Shown here: one piece after another, positions 36,252-46,066 of the stretch
Numbering within the stretch: position 1 is the first letter of the stretch
Layout of the letters: each line of letters opens with the position of its first letter
NCBI GenBank assembly: GCA_022616535.1
Contig: JAKEEM010000047.1
Location: 1,563-65,562, forward strand
Length of the DNA: 64,000 bases
Direction of reading: 5' to 3'
Source: Chlorobiota bacterium
GTDB lineage: Bacteria; Bacteroidota; Ignavibacteria; Tepidaquicellales; OLB5
Position numbers and translations under genes: made by a program
Notes under the pieces: model-generated
What the model was told of the DNA's origin: nothing
The model's database searches: none
The model's input: only the letters and a program-made list of their open reading frames with translations

Positions 36252-38108
36252 TTACTGCTTTGGCTGTTCTTTCTTTTCATCTTCCTTAATTACATCGTCA
36301 ATTTTAAAATCAACTTCTTCCTTGCTCTCATGCGAGCTTCTTGTCCTGTCTATAACATCACCAAGATTAAATTTCTTGAGCTTAAATTTCGAAACGTATT
36401 CTTTCACTTCCTCTTCATCTTTATCCTTCAGATATTCGAGAGCCGAAAGAACTATTTTTTTGGAATCCTTATCGAATTCAATTACCTCGGTATTCAGCTC
36501 ATCACCCGGCTTAAACAATTCTGCGAAGTTTTTTACCTGGGATACCGAGAGCTGCGATGCCGGTATAAAGCCGTCAACCGAATCAGGAAGCTCAACAATT
36601 ATTCCTTTTTCAATCGGTTTTACTACCTTTGCTTTTGTTTCGGTGCTGACTTTGTAGCCTTCTGCGAGCTTATCCCAGGGATTATCTGTAAGCTGCTTAT
36701 GTCCGAGGGCGATTCTTTGATTTTCAACATCAATGCCTAAAATTACAACTTCAATTTCCTGTCCCATTTTTACAAAATCCTCAATGTTGAAGATTTTCTT
36801 TGTCCACGATAAGTCTGAAATATGTATCAGTCCGTCAACGCCGTCTTCAAGCTCTACAAAAACACCGAAGTTTGTAATATTGCAAACTTTTCCCTTATGC
36901 TTTGAACCGATTGGGAATTTTTCCAAAAGAGACTGCCATGGGTTCGGTGTAAGCTGCTTGATTCCAAGCGAGAGCTTTTTCTCGTTTTTGTCCAGACTCA
37001 AAACAACGGCTTCGACAACCTGACCCATCGAAACTACTTGTGTCGGATTGGTAATGTGCTGCGTCCATGACATTTCGGAAATGTGAATCAGCCCCTCGAT
37101 ACCTTTTTCAATCTCAATGAATGCCCCGTAATCGGTTATAGAAACAACCTTGCCGGAAACCTTATCGCCGACTTTAAGCTTTGCCTCGATATTTTCCCAC
37201 GGGTGCGGCTGAAGCTGTTTTAAGCCGAGCGTTACTCTTTTCTTTTCCTTATCATACTCAAGTACCTTCACATCAATTTCTTCATCAAGCTGAACAATGT
37301 CGGACGGATGGTTAATTCTTCCCCATGATAAATCAGTAATGTGTATTAATCCGTCTACTCCGCCCAAATCGACAAAAACTCCGAAATCCGTTATCGCCTT
37401 TACAGTTGACTTAATAACCTGTCCGGCTTCGAGAGTTGAAAGAAGCTTTTCCCTCTGCTCAGACATCGATTCCTCAATTAAAATCTTGTGGGAAACTATT
37501 ATATTTTCATTCGGGTGGTTGATTTTTAAAATCTTGAAATCCATATCCTTATTTACGTACACATCGTAATCTCTTACAGGCTTGGTATCTATTTGCGAGC
37601 CGGGGAGAAATGCGCTAATCCCGCCCAAGTCAACAACAAAGCCGCCTTTAATTCTTCTTAGTATCTTTCCTTTTATTATGGTATCGTTTTCTTTTGCCTG
37701 TGTTATTTTTTCCCAGTTTCTGATAATGTCCGCTCTTTTGCGCGAAAGAACCAGCTGCCCTTCCTTATCCTCAATCTTTTCAACAAATATTTCAACCTCA
37801 TCGCCTATTTTTATTGCCGAAGGGTCGGGAAACTCGTCAATAGATACTCTGCCGTCTGATTTAAAGCCAATATCTATTAAAACGTCATTGCCGGATATTG
37901 CAACAACTTTTCCTTTGGCAATTTCATTTTCCTTAATTACATTAAATGTTTTTTCATAAAGCTCTATATATTTTTTGAATTCGTCTTCGGTGTAATCCTT
38001 AGCAACAAAGTCCTTGGTTTTTATAACAGGTGGTTTTATCTCTTCTGTCGCAGCATTAACATTAGTTGTCTGATTTTGATTTGTCATCCGTTTGTTAAAA
38101 TTCTCCAA
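36252..38108 (-). CDS. rpsA: 30S ribosomal protein S1
   Basis: 618 aa with six S1 repeats (repeated G.V..I..FG.FV.L.GG.DGL.HISD/E.SW pattern). GGAGA upstream of the ATG. Confidence 0.95.
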   Translation of the reverse strand: MENFNKRMTNQNQTTNVNAATEEIKPPVIKTKDFVAKDYTEDEFKKYIELYEKTFNVIKENEIAKGKVVAISGNDVLIDIGFKSDGRVSIDEFPDPSAIKIGDEVEIFVEKIEDKEGQLVLSRKRADIIRNWEKITQAKENDTIIKGKILRRIKGGFVVDLGGISAFLPGSQIDTKPVRDYDVYVNKDMDFKILKINHPNENIIVSHKILIEESMSEQREKLLSTLEAGQVIKSTVKAITDFGVFVDLGGVDGLIHITDLSWGRINHPSDIVQLDEEIDVKVLEYDKEKKRVTLGLKQLQPHPWENIEAKLKVGDKVSGKVVSITDYGAFIEIEKGIEGLIHISEMSWTQHITNPTQVVSMGQVVEAVVLSLDKNEKKLSLGIKQLTPNPWQSLLEKFPIGSKHKGKVCNITNFGVFVELEDGVDGLIHISDLSWTKKIFNIEDFVKMGQEIEVVILGIDVENQRIALGHKQLTDNPWDKLAEGYKVSTETKAKVVKPIEKGIIVELPDSVDGFIPASQLSVSQVKNFAELFKPGDELNTEVIEFDKDSKKIVLSALEYLKDKDEEEVKEYVSKFKLKKFNLGDVIDRTRSSHESKEEVDFKIDDVIKEDEKKEQPKQ

Positions 38109-38157
38109 AAATTAGTTATTAAATACCCTCAAACCCGGGCTTTGATGAGGGGTTAGT

Positions 38158-38224
38158 TTAAAAAAATAACCGCCAGCCTGTTGCTCCACAAGTCAACGAC
38201 TCTCGGAGTCGTGGACAGGCAGGC
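38158..38224 (-). terminator. long GC-rich hairpin (repeat-family member) plus U-run; probable terminator of the M1 peptidase gene
   Basis: Reverse strand: GCCTGCCTGT...CGACTC-cga-GAGTCG...ACAGGCTGGCGG followed by TTATTTTTTT, 88 nt after the stop at 38312. Confidence 0.55.
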
Positions 38225-38311
38225 TTATGCCCGTAAAAATAGCGGAAAAGAATACAAATATCGTGGTTTTCAGTATGAGTTTCAAGGCAAAAAAATTCTT
38301 ATAAAGCTATA

Positions 38312-40795
38312 TTAATCAAGCTTTTGCAGAACTTCATCCACTTTTTCCTTAAATGCCCTGTCATTGGAACTGTTTAACAGCTGCTGCAAAAAATCCCTTG
38401 ATGAAATGTCCCTTGCCCTGCTGAGAAGCGCGAGTATAGCATTTTGAGTATGACGGTTTTTATCAAGAACTTTTCTGTTTAAAAATTCAATTACTTTGTG
38501 GTTGTCAAGAAAGCTTCCGAGTCCGTTTATGGCAGCATTGCGGAGCCGCCAGTTGCTGCCCTTTTCGACATACTCAATCAGTATGTCAATTGCTCTTTGG
38601 TCATCGGCTGAATCAAGCGCATATATAACGTTGCGCCTTATTATATCGACGTGCGAGTCACGGTTTAAATACGGCAGAACTAAATCATAAATCTGAGCTT
38701 TCGGAACAATTCTAGCCAAAGTGATTATACCCTCCGCTGCCGCATAGTAGCTTTTTTCATTATCAATCAGCTTAACAACGAATGACTGAATAACAGCATC
38801 GCCTTCTTTCATTTCGGGATTATTCGCATACAAATTTCCGATTCCCGTAATGTATGACTTTCTTACTCTTGAATCCTTCTCCTCGGTTAATGATTTCAGA
38901 TAAATATCCTGCACTTTTTTGTTCTTTGAATAGCTTAAAACTTTAGCTGCCTCTAAGCGGACTCCCCAGAACTTGTCGGATTTCATTACATCAATAACTG
39001 CACTGACAACCGCATCGTCATCAATAAACTCTCTAAGCCCGAGCAATGCTGTGATTCTATCGATAGCATCGTTTGAAAACTTTACCTGATACAGCCAGTC
39101 ATCTTTTGACTTTGAAAAGCGCAAGTTGCAAAGAACTTTATTTCCGCTGTTGAAAATAACAGTGGCAGGCTTTGAGTCAATCTGAACTTTCTTTTCGACT
39201 TTTGGATTTTTTTCCTGAGAAGCAATAAACACATCGAATTTTTTCCCGGACTGCGTTATTATATGAACGGGCACCGGGGTCAGAAAAACCGAGCTCGAGT
39301 CGAGCCGCTGAACCTGCTGTACGGATATAGTCAGCTCCTTCATTCCGCCGTCGTATTTATAGCTGACATCATAGGTCGGCTGCCCCGCACTGAAAATCCA
39401 CTCTTCAAAAAACCACCTGTAATCAGGGGGCATCATATCTTTCAGCGGGTCATACAACGTCTGGTTTAAAGCCCCCAGCAAATCAACAGTCGTTACGTTT
39501 TGATGCTTATTTTTAGTAATATAAAGGTTAATCATTTTCCAGAAGTTTTCCTCGCCGATTAAATTCCTCATCATGTTTAAAACTACAGAGCCTTTATCAT
39601 ATGTGTTCTCGGTAAGTCCGTGGCGGATGTAAATCGGTTTTCGTGATTTTGTTGAATCCGCCTTAATGGCATCGTTTCCGTTTCGGAAAACATTATAGTC
39701 AAATTCATCCTTTCCGAATTTATACTCGGTATACAGCATCTGAAAATATGTTGCAAAGCTTTCGTTAAGCCAAATTTCATTCCAGTTTTTGCATGTTACA
39801 ACATCGCCAAACCACTGGTGTGCAATTTCATGTGCAACGAGGTTAGTTGCACTGTAATCGGGTTCAGTTTTATCATCATAAACCGAGCCGTCAAAATATA
39901 CTACCGCCCCAGTGTTTTCCATTCCGCCGTAAATGTAATCCTCAACAGCAACCTGTAAATACTTCGGCCATGGATAGCGGAATCCTATTTTGTCGGAAAA
40001 AAACTGAATATTATCTTTAGTATACCTGAATGACCGTTCGCCCCACTCCTTTTTGCCGGGGGGAACATACGAAGAAATCGGAATCCCGTCCCATGCGTCT
40101 TCGATTACATCCCACTTGCCTATTGCAAGCATCACAAGATACGAAACAAAAGGCTTATCGCTTACCCACTGCCATGTAACGGTTCCGTCCGGATTGACGC
40201 GTCTCGCTTCAAGCACACCGTTAGATAAAGTCTGATAACTGCTATCGACAGTAACAATTAATTCAACGGTTGCCATATCATTTGGATAATCATAACAGGG
40301 AAACCAATACCTGTTATCTTCACCCTCGCCCTGCGACCATACCTGATACGGCTTGTTGGGGAAATTCGCAGTTGGCTGGATGAAATACAAACCTTTCTCG
40401 GGGTCAACCGTAGTGTATTCGACTTTGTAAGTGAAGGTTGTACCTTTATTATAGAAATTATCTAAATAAATAGTGATTTTTTCTTTATCATAGTCAAATT
40501 TTAGTGGTATTGTTTTGGACGACTCGCCTTGAACAAATGAAACGCCTCTTATATCCATTCCGACTGCATCTACATCAAATGATTTAAACGTATCAATCAG
40601 AGTTGTAACCGTAGTTTCTGTATAACCGCCTACTGTCTTGCTTTTTAAGTCAACATTAATATCGATTGAAATATGCTGAACGTCGTAAGTGCGCTGCCTT
40701 TCCTCCGGCTCCTGCCCGAACATTTGTGAAAATAAGCAGGGGTGCAATAATAGAATTAATACAAATGAAAAAAAAGCTTTACTGTTTTTTCCCAT
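38312..40795 (-). CDS. M1-family aminopeptidase with C-terminal HEAT/ARM-like repeats
   Basis: Signal peptide, GGMENTG exopeptidase motif, HEIAHQWFGD-x18-E zinc site. The C-terminal approximately 250 aa is helical-repeat-like. Confidence 0.85.
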   Translation of the reverse strand: MGKNSKAFFSFVLILLLHPCLFSQMFGQEPEERQRTYDVQHISIDINVDLKSKTVGGYTETTVTTLIDTFKSFDVDAVGMDIRGVSFVQGESSKTIPLKFDYDKEKITIYLDNFYNKGTTFTYKVEYTTVDPEKGLYFIQPTANFPNKPYQVWSQGEGEDNRYWFPCYDYPNDMATVELIVTVDSSYQTLSNGVLEARRVNPDGTVTWQWVSDKPFVSYLVMLAIGKWDVIEDAWDGIPISSYVPPGKKEWGERSFRYTKDNIQFFSDKIGFRYPWPKYLQVAVEDYIYGGMENTGAVVYFDGSVYDDKTEPDYSATNLVAHEIAHQWFGDVVTCKNWNEIWLNESFATYFQMLYTEYKFGKDEFDYNVFRNGNDAIKADSTKSRKPIYIRHGLTENTYDKGSVVLNMMRNLIGEENFWKMINLYITKNKHQNVTTVDLLGALNQTLYDPLKDMMPPDYRWFFEEWIFSAGQPTYDVSYKYDGGMKELTISVQQVQRLDSSSVFLTPVPVHIITQSGKKFDVFIASQEKNPKVEKKVQIDSKPATVIFNSGNKVLCNLRFSKSKDDWLYQVKFSNDAIDRITALLGLREFIDDDAVVSAVIDVMKSDKFWGVRLEAAKVLSYSKNKKVQDIYLKSLTEEKDSRVRKSYITGIGNLYANNPEMKEGDAVIQSFVVKLIDNEKSYYAAAEGIITLARIVPKAQIYDLVLPYLNRDSHVDIIRRNVIYALDSADDQRAIDILIEYVEKGSNWRLRNAAINGLGSFLDNHKVIEFLNRKVLDKNRHTQNAILALLSRARDISSRDFLQQLLNSSNDRAFKEKVDEVLQKLD

Positions 40796-40802
40796 ATTAA
40801 TG

Positions 40803-40820
40803 ACCCCGAGTGCTCGGGGT
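40803..40820 (+). other. GC hairpin ACCCCGAG-tg-CTCGGGGT followed by a T-run on the plus strand, 8 nt from the peptidase ATG
   Basis: Read directly. It is oriented as a terminator for plus-strand (antisense) transcription, although both flanking genes are on the minus strand. Confidence 0.4.
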
Positions 40821-40922
40821 TATTTATTTTTTAAATTCAATTTAGCGAAATTACTCTCTCTGCATAAATTAAAAAAGGGGTTTTTATAACCCCTGTAAAA
40901 TTCTGATATTTGAAACCTACTT

Positions 40923-42863
40923 TTATGACGGCTCAACCCAAATACCGTCTTCCTTCATAATTCCGATAAGCCTTTCAAGCGCCTCCGGGTAAGGTATTCC
41001 GCGTTCAATCACGTCTTTGCCCCTGTAAAGACTAACCCAGTTCGGTCCGCTTCCGACAAACCCGTAGTCGGCATCTGCCATTTCACCGGGTCCGTTTACA
41101 ATGCAGCCCATTATGGCTATCTTAACCCCTTTAAGATGGTCTGTTCGCTTTTTTATCATTGCCGTTGTTTCCTGCAAATCAAATTGTGTTCTGCCGCATG
41201 AGGGGCAGGAAATATATTCCGTTTTGGATATCCTTGTTCTTGCTGCCTGGAGTATTCCAAAACTCACGCGGTTTATCACTTCAATCGGGTTATCAGCGTC
41301 TATCCATATACCGTCCCCCAACCCGTCAAGAAGCAGACCGCCAATATCGGTAGCACTGTAGAGAGTTAAATCTTCGTCATCAAGTCCATTATAACTTCTA
41401 TTTATAATAACAGGGACATCGATTTCCTTATTCATAAGTTCGATGAAAACTCTGCGCAACTCAGCAATAGCGTGTTTATTGTTTGTGTTTAGTACTATCA
41501 CACAGAATTTATCATTTCTTATTGCTTCTAAAAGGTCTTCGGTTATATCATCAATTGTTAATGACAAGAAGTTAATTCGGAATGACTTCCTCCCAGCGTT
41601 TAAATATTCCCTAGGGGTAAACAGGGGCAATGCTTCTGATTTATTTTCAATCGTTTTCCAATAGCCGTAATCGAATATCTTTTTCAACGTGCCGGGAAGA
41701 GCGTATTGCAAATCCTTTGAGCCAAGATAAATAAAATCAGGCGCGGTATCGCCTATGTTCCATTTGTCAAGTTCTTGAGAATAATCATAAGAAATTTTCT
41801 TAAGCGATTCGGGATTGTGAATAACATCTACTTTAGGTGAAAGAATTACAACAGGCACATGATGATTGCCAATTTTATCGGTTTCGTTTGTTTTCCTTCT
41901 TGTATAGGTAAACGGGTCAATTGGATTTTCTATTACATATGGAATTTCTTTGTGTCCACTTCTATTGCTGTATCTGTTTACAAGCCGTTTGCAAACGGGG
42001 ATTTCGTACTCCGGCTCCTCGGTCAAAGAAACCCTTATGGTATCGCCAAGCCCGTCTTCCAGCAAAGCGCCGATTCCGACAGAAGATTTAATTCTGCCGT
42101 CTTCCCCGTCACCTGCCTCTGTTACGCCAAGATGAAGCGGGTAATTCATCCCCTCTTCCTCCATTTTATTTACAAGCAGTCTATATGCCTGCACTTTAAC
42201 TTGCGGATTTGATGCTTTCATAGATAGAATTATATCATGGTAACCCAAATCCTCGCAGATTCTGACAAACTCAAGAGCGGATTCAACCATGCCAAGCGGT
42301 GTATCGCCGTAGCGGTTCATAATTCTGTCGGAAAGCGAGCCGTGGTTAGTGCCAATTCGCATTGCCGTGCCGTATTCTTTGCAGAGCTTAACCAGCGGAG
42401 AAAACTGTTCATAAATCCTGTCAAGTTCCTCTTGATACATTTCATCGGTAAAGCTGAAAACCTTAAACTTTTTCTTGTCGGCATAATTGCCAGGGTTTAC
42501 ACGGACTTTTTCGACAATCCTTGCCGCTATTTCTGCCGCATCCGGCCTGAAATGGATATCCGCAACAATCGGTGTATCATACCCTCTGGTCCTCAATTCT
42601 TTTTTTATATTTTCAAGGTTTTTTGCTTCTTTTACGGCAGGTGCGGTTATTCTTACGAGCTCGCTGCCGGCTTCAATCATTCTAATTGACTGCTCAACGG
42701 TAGCTTTTGTATCCATTGTATCAGTTGTCGTCATGCTCTGAACTCGTATAGGGTTGTCGCCGCCGATTTCAATATTCCCAACTTTTACAACCCTTGTTTT
42801 ATATTTTGAATACTTAGTGAGGGAATTACAATATTTTTTCGATAGAGTTTGAACTTCATTCAT
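40923..42863 (-). CDS. ispG: 4-hydroxy-3-methylbut-2-en-1-yl diphosphate synthase (long form with insert domain)
   Basis: 646 aa with IRVQSMTTTDT, an FeS Cys triad (ISCPSCGRT ... GCIVNGPGE), and a large central insertion as in the Bacteroidetes/Chlorobi/plant type. Confidence 0.95.
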   Translation of the reverse strand: MNEVQTLSKKYCNSLTKYSKYKTRVVKVGNIEIGGDNPIRVQSMTTTDTMDTKATVEQSIRMIEAGSELVRITAPAVKEAKNLENIKKELRTRGYDTPIVADIHFRPDAAEIAARIVEKVRVNPGNYADKKKFKVFSFTDEMYQEELDRIYEQFSPLVKLCKEYGTAMRIGTNHGSLSDRIMNRYGDTPLGMVESALEFVRICEDLGYHDIILSMKASNPQVKVQAYRLLVNKMEEEGMNYPLHLGVTEAGDGEDGRIKSSVGIGALLEDGLGDTIRVSLTEEPEYEIPVCKRLVNRYSNRSGHKEIPYVIENPIDPFTYTRRKTNETDKIGNHHVPVVILSPKVDVIHNPESLKKISYDYSQELDKWNIGDTAPDFIYLGSKDLQYALPGTLKKIFDYGYWKTIENKSEALPLFTPREYLNAGRKSFRINFLSLTIDDITEDLLEAIRNDKFCVIVLNTNNKHAIAELRRVFIELMNKEIDVPVIINRSYNGLDDEDLTLYSATDIGGLLLDGLGDGIWIDADNPIEVINRVSFGILQAARTRISKTEYISCPSCGRTQFDLQETTAMIKKRTDHLKGVKIAIMGCIVNGPGEMADADYGFVGSGPNWVSLYRGKDVIERGIPYPEALERLIGIMKEDGIWVEPS

Positions 42864-42878
42864 ACATCAATTCTTATC

Positions 42879-43157
42879 TTACTTTTTCCTTGTGTCCGCA
42901 ATATCAATTATAATTAATTTATTTCTAAAAATTCTGTAAATAATATAATTGTGCTTGGTTATTAAAAATTTTCTCAAATTTTCCCTTCGTTTTGTTAAAA
43001 TTCCTATCTCGGGAAATTCACATATTAAATCAATGATTAACATCGTTCTATTATGAAACTCAACAGCGGTATCATAGGTCCACTCCGATTTTAAATATTT
43101 TATTATGTCACTAAAACTCTTCCTTGCCCTTTGCAACCAAATTACTTCTTCAACCAT
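42879..43157 (-). CDS. type II toxin, RelE/ParE family
   Basis: 92 aa. Size and pattern (WLQRARKSFSDIIKYL...HNYIIYRIFRNKLIIIDIADTRK) are typical of ParE/RelE toxins. Overlaps the upstream small gene by 16 nt. Confidence 0.7.
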   Translation of the reverse strand: MVEEVIWLQRARKSFSDIIKYLKSEWTYDTAVEFHNRTMLIIDLICEFPEIGILTKRRENLRKFLITKHNYIIYRIFRNKLIIIDIADTRKK

Positions 43158-43393
43158 TCTTTCGATTCCCTCGTAACCTGTTCATGGCTAATCCAGTTTC
43201 TTTCATCTTCACTTTCCTTAAGCGCTAAATCCAATTCAGCTTTCTGTTTATCTGTGAGTAAATCCCACCAGTCAGCATCTGTCTCCTTTTCCTTGATAAG
43301 GGTCATAAAGTCAAAAATTTGCTCTAGAATTTTTTCATTCTTGAATTCATCAATAAGCGTATGAAAGCTGCTTTTAATTTCCGATAACGGCAT
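43142..43393 (-). CDS. putative cognate antitoxin
   Basis: 83-aa acidic protein immediately upstream of and overlapping the toxin. Assigned by position only. Confidence 0.5.
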   Translation of the reverse strand: MPLSEIKSSFHTLIDEFKNEKILEQIFDFMTLIKEKETDADWWDLLTDKQKAELDLALKESEDERNWISHEQVTRESKEWLKK

Positions 43394-43410
43394 AATATTG
43401 CTTTTTAAGA

Positions 43411-44358
43411 TTAATGTATCTTCCTGCTTGCTTCGAAAAGGATTTTCTTTTCCTCTTTGGTTAAGCTGTCATAGCCGTCTTTTCCGATTTTATCGAGTAT
43501 CTCGTCTATTTTTTCCTGTGTTACTTCATCTTCGGATTTGCCCTCATAATAATCCGCATCGCTTATATCATCAGACGGCTTGTTATACTTTTCGTAGTAT
43601 GTGTTGCGGTAAATGTTTGTCGGCCTTTTTGTAGTCACCTTCGGTTTTTTATCGAAGCGGAATAAGTCATTCAAATTGCTCCTTGACATTAAAATGTAAA
43701 TAAAGCCCGCAATTCCTCCTCCAAGATGTGCAAGGTGTGCAACTCCCGTGTTGCTGCCGACCGAAAGGAGCTCAATCCCCATATATATAATCACAAAATA
43801 CTTTGCTTTGATTGGGAATAAGAAATAAAGGAAAATCTCCCTGTTTGGGAACAGCATTCCGAATGCTACAAGTATTCCGTAAACCGAACCCGATGCACCG
43901 ATTGTGGGAAGCATTAAAGCGTTAAATAAGGGGGCGATTAATATGTTAGCAAGTCCCGCCGCAACTCCGCACAACAGGTAATACATTAAAAACTTCTTTG
44001 AGCCCCAGATATTTTCAAGTTCCATACCAAACATCCACAAGGCAAACATATTCAGAAACAGGTGCCAGAAATTTCCGTGCATGAATAAGTATGTAAACAA
44101 CTGCCACGGGTAAAAGGGAAAGACCTCACTTGCTATTGGGTTTAAGGCGAAAAATTTTAAGAATAATGCCGATAAGGGAACACCGCCTGCTTTAAAACTG
44201 GCAAATATAAAATGCTGAAATATAAAAATGGCAATATTTGAAATGAGCAGGTATTTAATTACAGGCGGGAAAAACGAAAACCCGCCGAACATCGAAGGAC
44301 GACTGAATTTAAATTCGTAATTTTTATACCTGTCTTTTTGTGTGTTAAATATTCCCAT
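43411..44358 (-). CDS. rhomboid-family intramembrane serine protease
   Basis: Polytopic, with WHLFLNM (His/Asn), GASGSVYG (catalytic Ser) and AHLAHLGG (catalytic His). Charged C-terminal tail. Confidence 0.85.
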   Translation of the reverse strand: MGIFNTQKDRYKNYEFKFSRPSMFGGFSFFPPVIKYLLISNIAIFIFQHFIFASFKAGGVPLSALFLKFFALNPIASEVFPFYPWQLFTYLFMHGNFWHLFLNMFALWMFGMELENIWGSKKFLMYYLLCGVAAGLANILIAPLFNALMLPTIGASGSVYGILVAFGMLFPNREIFLYFLFPIKAKYFVIIYMGIELLSVGSNTGVAHLAHLGGGIAGFIYILMSRSNLNDLFRFDKKPKVTTKRPTNIYRNTYYEKYNKPSDDISDADYYEGKSEDEVTQEKIDEILDKIGKDGYDSLTKEEKKILFEASRKIH

Positions 44359-44360
44359 TT

Positions 44361-45092
44361 TTAAAACTGTATTTCTCTTATTTCTTCCTCTGCCATGATT
44401 AAATCTTCGGGGAAGTCGATTTCCAAGCTTTTATACTCTGAAACGTCAACAGCATACATAGCGTTCCCCTTGTCATACAGCTCCTGAAATAAAGCTTCGT
44501 AAAACTCATTAACATTATTTTCCTTAACTATCTTACGCTCCAGCACCTCACCCAACTCTTTAAAGAACACTGGCGAAAACTTCTCAATTCCTATTGATTC
44601 CCCGAAACTCTCACTCGGACTTAAATCCTTACCAATATGCTTAATTTTGTTTCTACTATCAATTATAACTTTAATCTCCTCCTCACCGAGTGAATGATTA
44701 GTGTTTACAGCCAAACAATCCGCATGCTTTGACTCCAAAAGCTTTGAAATTATGCGATAATCGAATAAAATATCGCTATCGAGCAAAATGCACGCTCCGG
44801 TAATATAATCCTTCGTCATCCAAAGTGAATAGCTGTTATTGTTATTTTCGTAATCCCGGTTTGTAATGTATTTAATGCTTAGCTCTGGATAATTTTTGCT
44901 CACAAAACCCTTAATCATATCTTCCCTGTAGCCGGTGACCACAACAAATTCATTGAGCCCGTTTTTGAGAATGTTATTAATGGTCATCTCAAGCAGCGTT
45001 TTGCCGCCGACCTTAAGGAGACACTTAGGTGCATAGTCCGTTATCGGTCTAAGCCGTTTCGATAACCCCGCCGCCAGTATTATTGCCTGCAT
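44361..45092 (-). CDS. nucleotidyltransferase (sugar-phosphate or phosphocholine cytidylyl/nucleotidyl transferase family)
   Basis: N-terminal MQAIILAAGLSKRLRPITDYAPKCLLKVGG (GxGxRL signature). Confidence 0.7.
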   Translation of the reverse strand: MQAIILAAGLSKRLRPITDYAPKCLLKVGGKTLLEMTINNILKNGLNEFVVVTGYREDMIKGFVSKNYPELSIKYITNRDYENNNNSYSLWMTKDYITGACILLDSDILFDYRIISKLLESKHADCLAVNTNHSLGEEEIKVIIDSRNKIKHIGKDLSPSESFGESIGIEKFSPVFFKELGEVLERKIVKENNVNEFYEALFQELYDKGNAMYAVDVSEYKSLEIDFPEDLIMAEEEIREIQF

Positions 45093-45104
45093 TTGCTTTT
45101 TGTC

Positions 45105-45143
45105 ATTCCCGCCAGCCTGCAGCAGGCAGGCGAAGGCGGGAAT
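45105..45143. repeat. GC-rich palindromic repeat ATTCCCGCC-AGCCTGCAGCAGGCAGGCGAA-GGCGGGAAT
   Basis: Read directly. It shares CCGCCAGCCTG...CAGGCAGGC with 38170-38224 and GCCTGCCTGCTGCAGGC with 48230-48250. Confidence 0.85.
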
Positions 45144-45202
45144 CCATATTGATTAAAAACTCAAAAATAACAAAATGGGAATTTAGAAGCAGGGGGAAAA
45201 AA

Positions 45203-46066
45203 TTAGTTACCTAATAAAATTACGAAACAATCAGTTTCGTATCTCTTTTTACCTATATTTTTATGATTGAAATCAAATGATATGTGGAATGGTTCTTGCA
45301 AATTTGCTCTATTGATAGCTTCCTGAATTTCTTCTTCTGAAACTTCATCTTTTAAATATACAACCAATAACCTAGGATCAGAACCAAACCTACCTTCATC
45401 TTGATAAGTATATAAAAATATTGCGACTTTATCTGGTGATTCTAATGCAACTTTTTTCCAACCACTTCCATAGTGTTTGATAAATTCTTTAGTGGGGCTT
45501 TTAGCGACTTTTTGATCATATGATATGCCATTTACAAAAAAATCTACACTCCCTGTGTGTTTCAAAGTTGGTATGATATTTTCATTTTTCTCAAATATCA
45601 ATGTTTCTAAATAATCATTTCTAATGGTGTTTAATTCTTTCATTCGTCTGTATTTTACAGCGGCCTTTTTTACTCTAGTATCCTTGATCATACCACTATC
45701 GGACAAACTATTTATCCTTTGGACTAACTCATCAAATTTTCCTTGACTACATGGCCACTCGATATCACCCAAGCCTAAATCCTTCCATTCTTTTTTTAAA
45801 ACCTTAACCACATTTATACATTCTTTCCCTTTTTTATACTTATCCGAGCTTTTGAAAAGTTCTCTTATGATTTCCCTAGCTTTCTCATAATCCCAATATT
45901 TAGAAACTAAATCATAATAATAGTCGGCTTTTGCTTTTTTTAAATGTGCGATTTCTGGAATACTAATATTTTTATTTAAACGAATAAGGTATTTTGAAAT
46001 CGTTTTCTTGTTTCCTAATATCCTTTTAACAACCTGTGCCTCAATACTATTAGTTATATTAATCAT
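45203..46066 (-). CDS. putative type II restriction endonuclease (partner of the adjacent methyltransferase)
   Basis: 287 aa with a 4-nt overlap with the MTase gene. Candidate PD-(D/E)xK site in GSVDFFVNGISYDQKV. No other recognisable domain. The region is visibly AT-richer than its neighbours. Confidence 0.45.
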   Translation of the reverse strand: MINITNSIEAQVVKRILGNKKTISKYLIRLNKNISIPEIAHLKKAKADYYYDLVSKYWDYEKAREIIRELFKSSDKYKKGKECINVVKVLKKEWKDLGLGDIEWPCSQGKFDELVQRINSLSDSGMIKDTRVKKAAVKYRRMKELNTIRNDYLETLIFEKNENIIPTLKHTGSVDFFVNGISYDQKVAKSPTKEFIKHYGSGWKKVALESPDKVAIFLYTYQDEGRFGSDPRLLVVYLKDEVSEEEIQEAINRANLQEPFHISFDFNHKNIGKKRYETDCFVILLGN

